A stretch of DNA of 64,000 bases from Blepharisma stoltei ATCC 30299 (lineage: Eukaryota > Protista > Ciliophora), in assembly GCA_965603825.1 (NCBI GenBank), contig CBFDEM010000011.1, forward strand, positions 372,001 to 436,000, given 5' to 3'. The position numbers were made by a program, and so were the translations under genes. Positions 10,876 to 21,405 of the stretch are shown here, in pieces; position 1 is the first letter of the stretch; every line of letters begins with the position of its first letter. Under the pieces are notes generated by a model that made no database searches, was not told the DNA's origin, and saw nothing but the letters and a program-made list of their open reading frames with translations.

Positions 10876-12780
10876 TTACATTTGGCTTGATTCTGTAATT
10901 GTTTCTACACGCTTAGTGCTTCCATCTTGAAAAGTAAACAATTTTACAGTTTTCACTGTAACCTTCCCATTTCTTGTACTCATTTCTCTCGTTGTTTTCA
11001 TCGAAACGGCTCCTTCAGGCATTCCTTCACTCATCATATCTTCCATCATAGATTTCATATTGTTTTTATTTATATAATAAGCAGTTGGATTGTTGCTGAG
11101 AAGTTTGCATCCTGGTTTTTGAGGGTCAGAAATTTCAACCAAATTTTCATCAGGGAACGAAGGACATCTTGAATAGTATTCTTTAGTAGATTCATCCTGA
11201 TATAAATCAGATGGATTTGTAGAATACGTATTTTTGTCCTCTTCTGGAGGCTCTGATGATCATTTATTTTCTTCTTTAGGTTCTAAAGGATTTCTCGGAT
11301 ATGGCTCTTCATGACTATTATGATTTGAAGAATCAGTAAATCCTCCTGCAAAATCAATTGTACACATATGGTGATAATGTGCATGAGGACCATACCCAAT
11401 CCCTACTATTCTATAGTTAGGATTTAATATATTTGTTCTGTGTCCTCTTGAGCTAACTCCATCATCTATAAGTAATGCTAAAATTATTTCTCTTGCCGTG
11501 CTATTTCCATAGTCTATATTTTCTCCTATACACGTATTCCAATTTCCATATCTCTCTATTCTACTTCCCATAGAGGAGCCATCTGTTCCACTATGGCCAG
11601 TTTTGCCTTTTGGGCCTGTATCATTGCAATGGTCCTGAGCAGCCTTTGATAGTCCTTCTGAGAACTGAAAAGGGCATATTGGGGAAGTGGATCCTAGTAC
11701 TTGGACACATTCTCGGACTGCTGCTGGACCTTCTTGGGTTACTATTGTGATTTCGCCTGGTTTTTGGAACATATTTCCATGGTAATATTTCAAAATTTCA
11801 GTGACATGGCTTGCATAACCTCTAGGATTTGTACGGACCTGGTTTAATTCTTCAAGAACAGCGTGCTGGAGAGATGATAAAGATTCTGGTGAAAGTGTAG
11901 GCTTCTGTGGAGGAGTTTTAGTAGGAATTGCAGGCTTTGGATTTGAAGAAACTGTAGGCTTTGGCTGAGGTTTTGGTGGAGCTATATGAGATGGGCGGTT
12001 TATATTTGAATTGATTGGCTGCTTTGAAGCTGGCTGAGGGCCTGGACTTGTTTGTTTCACCCTCGCATTTGTAGGGCTGACTTGTACTTTCCCAGCCCTA
12101 GGCAACTGCGCTTTCGGTTGTTGAATCTTAGCATCCTGAGATTTAGGCGAATTATTTCTATTCTGTTGAGGACTATTTCTTAAATTATTTCCACTTTGAA
12201 TACTATTATTTTGTCCATTTTCTGATTCTGTATAAGTCCCTGCAAAATCAATTGTACACATAAACCGATAAACTTTATGGGGCCCGAGTCCTACTCCTGC
12301 AAAATTGTAACGTGAATTTAAAATATTTTCTCGATGTCCTCTATTGCTGACCCCATCATCAATAAGTAAACTAGAAACAATTTCTGTGGCCACATTGCTG
12401 CCATAGTCTATGTTTTCTCCGCCTATATAGTTTCCAGAGCCATATCTTTTGGCACGATCTGCAGGAGATGATCCATCAGATCCGTTATGACCCATCTTGC
12501 CTTTTAGGCCTTGATCATTACAATGGTCTTGAGCTGCTCTGGCTAGTCCATTTGACCATGTTAGCATTTCTAAAGGCTCTGCGCTCCGTAATGCGTTTAT
12601 ACATTCTTGCACTGCAGATGGACCTTCTTTAGTAAGCAAGACGGGCTGTCCAGGCATATGCAATTCTTTACCTCTGAAACGAGGCAAAAGAGATGATATT
12701 TTGTCTGCATAAGCATGAGGCCGAGTTCTCGCAATATTTAGCTCAGTCAAAACTTCTTGGCAAATATTCTGTGTGTCCAT
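10876..12780 (-). CDS. Tandem CAP/SCP-domain protein with Pro/Gln-rich linker, about 634 aa
   Basis: Two copies of AAQDHCND..GH.G.DGS..GENIDYG..LLIDDGV..RGHR.NILN; TGA at 11260-11262 read through into ORF 10876-11142. Confidence 0.9.
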
Positions 12781-13399
12781 TTTTTGAGTTTTTTTATAAT
12801 AAGTTGCATCAATATTGCCTTAGAATTTCTTATCAGAATTCGATGTTAAACGATTATTTTTAATTTTATTAAAAACTAAGAAGATTAAAAACTAATCTTC
12901 AAATATATAGAGTGAAAGAGCAGAATATAGTTTGCGATATCATTTATTGATTGAATTTTTGAGTAGAACTTATAAAGTAGGCATAAAGAAGCATAGCGCG
13001 TAAAGGATAGGTATCTTAAAGAAAGGATTGCCTAAAATTATTATAGGAACGATAAATTTGATGATTAAGATGAAGCAATTCTGCACCTTTGCAAATGTAA
13101 ATGATAATAATTTTGAAATATTCTTCAAAGTCTATCTTTAATTTAATTGAATTTTAATTAATTTTTGAAGAATTCTACATACATAAGCTAGAAAATAAGC
13201 GATAAAATATCAAAATTGTGAAAACTGTCTTTGCAGGATATTCATATCAAGAACACAGATATACACCCTTTTTAGTTTTATTTTACTAATCAGAAGGCAT
13301 TTGAACTAGAAAATACGTTCTTAAGATACGCTAAATTAATTTTTTCATAATACAATTCTTAAATATTCTTGCTTAATTAAACCCTAAGCTTCAATAAAA

Positions 13400-13638
13400 T
13401 TATTGGTTTAGAAGTTCTTCTCCAAGAGAATCACCTTTATATTGTGATGGATAAGTATTCGACTTGGCGAGAATAGCAGGAGCTTTATAATTTGGTAGTT
13501 TTTTTATTGACTTTGGACCTTCATATGATTCTGTGCTTATATCTACAAATGCTGAATATCGCATTTCTTCCATGGAAACATCATCATTACTCTAAATTAG
13601 TAATTTACGTCTTGAGATTTGGTGCAACAGCCTCCCAT
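13400..13638 (-). CDS. 73-aa microprotein MGGCCTKSQD|SNDDVSMEEMRYSAFVDIST..EELLNQ; exons 13638-13609 and 13591-13400
   Basis: N-terminal MGGCC acylation motif, 17-nt intron, open 64-codon exon 2; not in the ORF track. Confidence 0.7.
13592..13608 (-). other. 17-nt intron GTAAATTACTAATTTAG
   Basis: GT..TAG, TACTAAT branch-like motif with A six nt from the 3' end; retention gives an in-frame TAA. Confidence 0.7.
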
Positions 13639-13757
13639 TTTATTAATTCAATCTTTTATTGTCGATCCTTATGATCAGATCAAGTTTTGAGTTTATCTCA
13701 CTTAAATTATTTATAAAATATTAATTATAACTATTTGCATAACTATACATCGTGTAT

Positions 13758-14915
13758 TTACAAACGGACAACAATCACAGTTATATCATCAACTACCTCT
13801 TCTTCATGGTCAATTCATTTAGTCCAAGCAAAACTTGCCAGTTTATTTGCAGCTTGTTGTATATTTTTTTCGTATTTTTTCACAATATCTATTGCTTCTT
13901 GGTCACTCATAAATTCCCATACCCCGTCACTACACATAACTAAAAGTTCGAAATCCTCAGCAATTTCTAACTCATGAATTTCTGGAATAGGTATAACGCC
14001 TATCGTTTGTGCTACAGCATCCCCTATAGTTCTACTTGTAGATAACCCTGGATATTCTTTTCCTTTTACAAATATTCTATGAGGATAATCATCAGGGAGT
14101 TTTCTGACTTCTCCATTACTAGCTATAATTCTATCCATTTCACTAGGTAAATTTGCTTTATGATCTGTAGTAATTCTTCTAGCTTCACAGCAATTGCCTT
14201 TTTTGATGCCTAAAATTGCTCTGGAGTCTCCAACGTGCCCAATCATTAACTGATTATTTTTTATAATAGCTGTAGTTGCCGTTGTTCCTGAAAATCTGCA
14301 ATCATATTCAGTTTCTGGCTTTGAGCATTGAGAATATAAGGCTTGATGGGTTTTTACAAATCCATCATTGATGGCTTCTTGCAGATTCTCAGGAAAAGAC
14401 TCATGAGTAGTTATTAAATCTGGGAGCAGAGAATGAACATATTTTGAGATGTGGTGACCATTTGTTCCATGCCCATCAAAAACACCGAAAAATTTAAAGT
14501 CAGGATCGATTATAATTGAAAAATCGTCTTGGTTGAATTGATCAGGCTTTAAGCCTTTTTTGCAGGCAAAGCCAATTCCTAAGGAATTGAGCTCTGAAAT
14601 TACATTTATTCCTTCAACAGTGTGTTTTTTATCTTCGAAGCCTTGCTGGTGGCCATTAGGTGGAGCGCCTTCTATTTTAATTCTTGACTCCACTTTATGG
14701 CACTGGATTTCGGCTGGGGTCTTGATGTTCTCTATTGCATCAGTTCTTGCTGGCTCAGGGAGATCTTCATCGCTGATCTGAGGATTAGATGAAGCGACAA
14801 CTGATAAGCGAACGTTTTGCTTTCTAGTAGTTTTTGCGCCGTCACTAAGATTTTCTTTAACTTCACTTGTTAGTGCAAAAGTCATGCCTTTTGGTTTGTT
14901 GAAACAAACTCCCAT
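13758..14915 (-). CDS. PP2C (PPM) protein phosphatase, about 385 aa, N-terminal MGVC
   Basis: NQDD, GVFDGHG, SGTTA, HVGDSR, DHK, CSDGVWE; the final metal-binding DDITVIVV is reached only by reading TGA 13815-13817 as Trp. Confidence 0.95.
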
Positions 14916-15354
14916 TCTATTATTCAATTTTTTATGACCTAATTAATTTTATGGAGTTTTTTTGAGATTTTGGCTCTAGTGAGCTCTATTTTCATTAAAA
15001 GAATCCTTTGTGTCCATTTTACTTTTTTTTCTTAATGAGGATATGTATTCTTTAGCATAAAAGCAATATTATTTTTTTTAAAATTCAAATTACTCTTTTT
15101 ACATATTAAAGTTATAAACTATCTAAAATTATTTTTATAGAATCTTACTCTTTAAGAATGATGTGATAATTTCTGAATTTTCATTTTATTTAAATTTTTG
15201 GATTTTAATAAAATGATTCATTTTTAGGTAAAGAAACTCGAAAAGAAAAAAAAATTTTATTGAAAATATTAGCTAAACCTCAATTTTTTAGATTAAATTA
15301 TAAAACCAAGCTCTAATACAAGATAAAACAAAAAGTCGTTAATTTTAAATTAAA

Positions 15355-16014
15355 ATGGAGCTTGAAAACGTAAAGCGTCGATCTTCTTTTCTAGGATCTG
15401 CAGCATCATCAGAAAACTCTCGTAAACCTGACAGCAACGACATAAGTAAAATCCTCCTCAAACAGAAAAGACGAGAAAGAGAACACAAGGCTTTGCTTCC
15501 AAAAAATCTTATAAGAAGTGTAAGTAGAGAAGTTATCCATTCTCACACAGATAAAAGCTATAACGCTCTCTACGAAACTTCTCCCCGCAGAAAAAAAGAA
15601 AAATTAAGACAAGCACGGCAGTTAGCAGATCCGTTAACTAGCAAAGAGTCTATTTTTACTACAGACCCTCTCTGCAAATCCTACCATCAAGTAGAGCTTA
15701 AAAAAGAATATCCAAAATTTTGTAAATTACTACAAAGAGATCATTCTCATGATATTTATAAAAGGGTTTCTGATTTGTGCTCAAAGGAAAAAGAAAACAC
15801 GTGCTCCGCTATTGAAGGGATAAATAAAAATTATAGAAGATCAATAACGAAAAATATACATGAGCTAAACGCATATTATAGCAAAGAAAACGAATTCTCT
15901 GATTATGAAGTGGGGCTTATTATGAAAAATCATCAAAATTTGAAAATGAAAAGCTATGAGTTAACCAGAAAAGGGAGCTTAACAGGAAGGCAGAAATCTG
16001 CAAGACCGTTATAA
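15355..16014 (+). CDS. Hypothetical basic protein, 219 aa
   Basis: ATG-TAA ORF flanked by AT-rich spacers. Confidence 0.7.
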   Translation: MELENVKRRSSFLGSAASSENSRKPDSNDISKILLKQKRREREHKALLPKNLIRSVSREVIHSHTDKSYNALYETSPRRKKEKLRQARQLADPLTSKESIFTTDPLCKSYHQVELKKEYPKFCKLLQRDHSHDIYKRVSDLCSKEKENTCSAIEGINKNYRRSITKNIHELNAYYSKENEFSDYEVGLIMKNHQNLKMKSYELTRKGSLTGRQKSARPL

Positions 16015-16203
16015 TTACAAAACACACATTAATTAATTTAATTAATATTTCTAATAATTTTTAAAAATTTTTCGTGAGCTCTGATGAAATTTAATAATAA
16101 ACTTTATTTTATGCTGAAGATTAAGAGGCAATTCTTATGAAATTAACAAGCCAAATCGTAAAAAAAAAACTGAATAAATTAATTTTCATGTTTAAGCTTA
16201 GTT

Positions 16204-17175
16204 TTAGTTATTTTCCAATAGAAAAGGCGCGTAAGAATTTATTCTGTCAAAAGTAAAAGACTTCGAGTTGATTAAATCAAGCGACATTCTTCCTATGCTA
16301 CTCTGCATAAAAACAGGTAGAGGAGAATTCGGAAGTCGATCCCTCGGCGAGAACTTGGAAAAATCTAAACTTATAGGCTTTTTGGTTACAAGTGCATAAT
16401 TTACATCATAAGGATCAGGCGTACAGCTTAATTTGTGCGTCCCTTTTCTACTTGTTATTTTATTCATATCAAATGAGCTTCCCAGCTTTGGCATGCATTT
16501 TTCTTTATTTGGCCTATAGTCAGGATAAAATTCATTTGAAGTATACAATGGTTTTCTGCCTGTTTGTTTCGCAAAGTCAAGGCTAGAAACTGACCTTACA
16601 GCTGTCGAAATCCTAGGAGAAAGATTTAAAGAAAGCAGCCTATTTTCGTTTAAATCAATAGAAGGTAAAGGCTTCCTTTCTATCATATGTTTCATATCTA
16701 CCAGTGAGGTCACTTTTTTAAGTTGTTGGTCTTTATCGCTATCAGACTGATCATCCTTCATTTGTGAGGGAGAAATTATTTTTTGCTTTTTTCTCTGTGT
16801 TTTGGGTTTTCAAAATGTAGGTGAGGCAACATGCTTTTTTACAGCATCAAAATTTGGCTTGTAGTGACCAAGTGGAGGGTTATGGTCTTTTGCAGTGTGA
16901 GATTTATAGTAACTTTCTCTGTCTTGAGCTTTAAATGAGGGGGATAGTAAAGAGTTTTTAGGGCTGTGCTGCACAGGTTTTGAACGGGGTTCAGTTTTGA
17001 GTGCTTCTTCATACATTAAGCCATCATAACCGTTTTTTGCACGTTTTTTGAGGTATTTTGGCTTTCTTTTGATTTTTCCTGATAGGATACTTTCTCTATC
17101 TTTAAGAATAAGGTATTTGTCTATTGTCTGTCTCCCAGCTCTTGAGATTGGTTGAATCTCTTTGTAAAAATCCAT
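16204..17175 (-). CDS. Hypothetical protein, about 323 aa, with PG-rich/SHIPPO-like motifs (possible ciliary protein)
   Basis: Two ORFs joined in frame through TGA 16810-16812; PPLGHYKPNF, PDYRPN and PDPYDVNY motifs. Confidence 0.65.
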
Positions 17176-17299
17176 TTTTTCTAATAATAAGTTATTATAA
17201 GTAAAAACAAGAGAAAAATAAATTTATAGCTTAAATAAAAAATCTTTGACCTATAATTTTATTAAATTTTAATTGAAAAATGAAAATTAGCATTATTAA

Positions 17300-20128
17300 T
17301 TATTTCTTTTCTACAGAACCAAGGATTATTGCCTTCATAACTTGCTGATTCTGTATAAAGTTTCTCCTCCCTTCTAGATCTTTATTAAATTGGTTCACAA
17401 AGCTAGCACTTAAAGCATTGAAATAAGTATCAAGCCTCTCTGGGTTTATTATGCTTTTAAGCGTTTCTACAAACATTGTTTCTTTATTAGAAAGTTTCAT
17501 GTAATTTAATAAAACCAGGTGCAGCCTTGCAATTTCCATTGAAATTTGTGCAGCATCTGCACTTCTGATGTTTAGATCTCCTGACTGGATTAATTTTGAT
17601 GAAGTCAGAAATGCGAAAGACGCAAATTCGTCGAAATATGGGCTTGTTTCTGTAGCCTTGTCTAAAATCTTTCAATATATATTGATAGCAGTTTTTGGTG
17701 TCTAAATATAGCTTACGTTTTCTTCTATACTGCTAAAGGCAAACTCAGTTATATAAGAAATAAATGGATTCAAGGCTTCTACAGACAAAAAATTCACATT
17801 TTTCGCTAAAAAAATATCAATCATTTTCACAAAACTTTTCCTTATCGAAATGATTTGCCGAGCATCCTCTGAAGCTGCTTCTATTGGTTTTTTTACATGA
17901 TTTATCACATAATTGACTATAGAGTGAGCAACTTCATGAGAAACCGTCGAATTAAGCTCGCTTTTATACTTGATACATACTTTTGACAATATCTGCATAA
18001 AAATTACATTGAACAAGCTTTCTAGTGTATCAAAACTTGATGAAGAAATCAATATTGTAATAATTGCTTTAACATACATACTAGAATCATCTTCCATTAT
18101 ATCAATAATTTTCTGTGAAAAATATATAAAGGATGGATAATACTCTTGGCTTCTCTGTAAAACTGATATATTTTCTACAATTCAGTCAGCAACAGGTGAT
18201 ATTTTACTAGAAATATCAATAGGAACTTTTGTATTAAACCCGTATAACAGCTCAGCAATACATCATAACGAATGCGGAGTAATCTGTATCCTCATTAACT
18301 CAACTAGGTTTTCTAATGTTCTCGACTGAGCGTCAATATCCATTGATTTTGACCCTAAAATTGACCCAATTGCTCTGAACGAGCTCTTGGCTGACTCTTC
18401 ATCATATAAGTTCTGCTTGATATTATCAATAATAATTTCAATAATTTTCTGTAAAAACGGAACAAAGGAGCTGGAAATTTTTTGGCTTAGTCTTAGCATC
18501 ATATGAATGGCATGTTTAGAAATCAGAGCGTCTTTATTTCCTATCGTTTTTAGCAGAAGCTCTAAGACTTTTACAAAGTGTAATTTACCATCTTGAGACT
18601 CAAAATATGCAGCAAATCTTACACATAGTTCTAAATACTGCTTTATTACTTGTCTGCTAGTAGTTTTGTGGATTTCCGAGTCTAAAATGCATTTAATTAA
18701 AGCTGTATATTTTGTGTTAGTAGAAAGCTGCACCCCAAAATCATTTATGCATTCTGCGTAATTGTAGAGAAGAAAAAGAGGAAGCTCTGCCTGTCCTGCA
18801 GTCAATGTCTGAAGGATCTCTATCATTGTATGTGTCATGGTAATTAAATATTCAAAAATTGTATCTTGAGTAGGCTCAATTAGCACGATTTTTTTAAAAA
18901 GATCTACAATCTCAGCCCGATATTTATAAAACTCCTCTTCCTCTTCTGTAACCTCTAAGCTGCAATTTTGATACTCCTTGGGTATTTGGCACTTTGCCAT
19001 TACAGCAACACAAATTGTGTTTATGCTTTGCCTTTCTTGATCTGTTAGTGGCACAGGTGGCTGCAAAAATTCTTTGATTTTGACATAATGTATATATTTC
19101 TTCATAAATCCTAAAGTAATTTTTGAAAAAGTTATATCAGTCTATATAAATTATACCATATTGAAGAATTTCATAGAAATGGCTAATAAAGCATAAACAG
19201 AGCTCCATTCTTCAGAATCCACTAAGTTTGCACCTATGGCATTAAGCAATATTCCTATTGCCTTATGATAATCAGAAAAAGGGTCAATGTGATCTAAATT
19301 AATTTGCTTGATGTAAGGGATTATTTGAATTTGGGTAATGATTTGAAGCTTTTTTTTGGGGTCCATTTTCCTAGAGACTATACTTTCAAGGCATCGAAGG
19401 GCAAAAATTTGGCAGGAAGTGTTGGAAGCATGACTTAGGAGATATGGAGCAAAAATAACACAAACCTCAGATGGAATTCATGAAATATATAAATTCATTA
19501 CTTGTAGAGTTGCAGATATAAACTCTATGTTATCTGATTTTAATGTCTGCTGCCATATCTCAGATGACTGGAATATTACTTGGTTTCTAATTTTTTCTTT
19601 CATTTCTAGCAATTGAGGTTTTCGATCATCTGGGCTGTTGAAAAACTGTTCTTCAAATTCTTCATTAAAAATCTTAAGCAATGTTAAAAAAAATTTTAAG
19701 TGGATGCTGCTTTTAAGAGCCCTTCCTATAGCAAAATCAAAAGCTTCAGGCCATATTTGAGGATAATCATTTTGTATAACCCTTACATACAAAAGAGTAA
19801 ATTTATTTAAAATCCCGTAATGAAATTCTAAAATATCTGATCTATTTTCAATTACAAATATAAGGAAATTCCGAATTTGCTCTTTTGTTGGTGCATCAAA
19901 TGAGGAGTAGCGTGCTTGGAAGGCTTCTTCAATGACTTGAAAATACCAAAAAAGGAGGGTTAGCGTGTTAGGATTATCTAAGCATAATTCCAGGATTTTT
20001 TGTAAAGCGTAGCTATATAGTGAGAGATCTGATTTCGCAGACTCAGTTATCTGGATAGCTTGCTCTCTTGCGTGTAGAGGTAGGTTCGAGTTATATAAAG
20101 CTAAAATGGCTTGTTCAAGGTTGGACAT
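17300..20128 (-). CDS. XPOT: Exportin-T (XPOT/Los1)-like karyopherin, about 932 aa; introns 19142-19156 and 17702-17716; 4 in-frame TGA
   Basis: DYPQIWPEAF, YIS[TGA]I, RKMDPKKKL, EEEEEFYKYR, YLELCVRF motifs; five ORF pieces fuse in frame. Confidence 0.8.
17702..17716 (-). other. 15-nt intron GTAAGCTATATTTAG
   Basis: GT..TAG, A10; removes in-frame TAG and links to the C-terminal ORF. Confidence 0.85.
19142..19156 (-). other. 15-nt intron GTATAATTTATATAG
   Basis: GT..TAG, A10; removes in-frame TAA. Confidence 0.85.
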
Positions 20129-20385
20129 TTATTTTAATTTATAGTTAATAATTGCTAAATAGTAAGCTACTTAAAAAATTATTATTAAAATAATTCAATT
20201 AGTAATAAATTTTCTTATAAAAAGACTTTTATTATAAATTCTCAATTATAGTGGCAATACTTTAAATTAGGATTCATATTAAGCAGAACTGATAGATTAT
20301 ATATCAATCTAATTAAAATGCAAAAGATCATAAGAAAACTATCCAAAAACCATTATTATCCAATATCATATTTATAGTGGCTAAA

Positions 20386-21285
20386 ATGTCAGCATCAAGA
20401 ATTGGATGGATTGGAACAGGAGTAATGGGAAGATGGATGGCAGAGCGCCTCATAAGAGCCGGGCACAACCTCTCAGTTAACAACATTCCACGAGAACGAA
20501 CAGAACCTCTTCTTCAGCTCGGTGCCAAGTTTCAGTCAGTTCAAGAAATTGGTCAATCCTGCGACGTTGTATTTACAATGGTCGGTTTCCCTCACGAGCT
20601 AAATGAGCTTATTCTAAGCCCTAGCGGCCTCTTAAAATCCATGAAACCTGGCAGCCTCCTGGTAGACCACACTACCTCTAGCCCACATCTGGCCACCATT
20701 ATTGCTGCAGAAGCATCCAAAGTTGGCATCACATCTGTAGATGCTCCAGTCTCAGGCGGTGACGAAGGTGCCAAAAACGGTCGACTCGCGATTATGGTCG
20801 GAGGTGAAAAATCTGGCTTTGAAAGAGCTAAACCTCTTATGGACAATTACGGGATCAATATCAGACATATGGGAAAAGCTGGGGTGGGGCAGCATACTAA
20901 ATTGACCAATCAAATTGTATTGGCAGGGAATATGATTGGGATGGTAGAAGGCATGATGTATGGGTGGAGAGCTGGGCTTGATGTAGATCAGATGATTGAT
21001 TTAATCTCAACTGGAGCTGCTGGAAGTGTTTATTTTAAAGCTGTTGCCCCAAAAATTGCTAAAGCGGATCATAGTCCTGGGTTTTATGTCCAGCATTTTG
21101 TAAAAGATTTAGGACTGGCACTGGATGAATGCAAGAGGATGAAGATTGTCCTACCAGGGCTTACTATGGCAAACCAGTTTTATTTAAGTATGGTAGCAAA
21201 TGGAGAGGAAAAACTTGGAGTGCATGCCTTGGTGAAGGTGCTGGAAAGGTTGAATAATGTCAAGTTTGGAGAAACTGTTAATTAG
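20386..21285 (+). CDS. Beta-hydroxyacid dehydrogenase (3-hydroxyisobutyrate dehydrogenase-like), about 299 aa
   Basis: IGWIGTGVMG Rossmann motif, DAPVSGG, catalytic TKLTNQ, FVKDLG; first ATG at 20386. Confidence 0.93.
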   Translation: MSASRIGWIGTGVMGRWMAERLIRAGHNLSVNNIPRERTEPLLQLGAKFQSVQEIGQSCDVVFTMVGFPHELNELILSPSGLLKSMKPGSLLVDHTTSSPHLATIIAAEASKVGITSVDAPVSGGDEGAKNGRLAIMVGGEKSGFERAKPLMDNYGINIRHMGKAGVGQHTKLTNQIVLAGNMIGMVEGMMYGWRAGLDVDQMIDLISTGAAGSVYFKAVAPKIAKADHSPGFYVQHFVKDLGLALDECKRMKIVLPGLTMANQFYLSMVANGEEKLGVHALVKVLERLNNVKFGETVN

Positions 21286-21405
21286 CTTCATAAATTAAAG
21301 AATTTGCTTTAAATTAATATTTAGGCTTTATTCTAAGGTAAAATAAGCTATATGAAATATTCCCATTTTTCCTTTTTCCATATGATATCTCTCAAAATAT
21401 AAATA

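Noticed and set aside
13492-13674. + strand 60-aa ORF from the track
   Set aside because: TTG start and no motif; antisense shadow of the minus-strand MGGCC gene
16082-16117. TGATGA..CTGA C/D snoRNA-like boxes
   Set aside because: Only about 36 nt apart, no terminal stem or guide; expected by chance in AT-rich DNA
17487-17675. 62-aa minus-strand ORF
   Set aside because: Out-of-frame overlap within the last exportin-T exon
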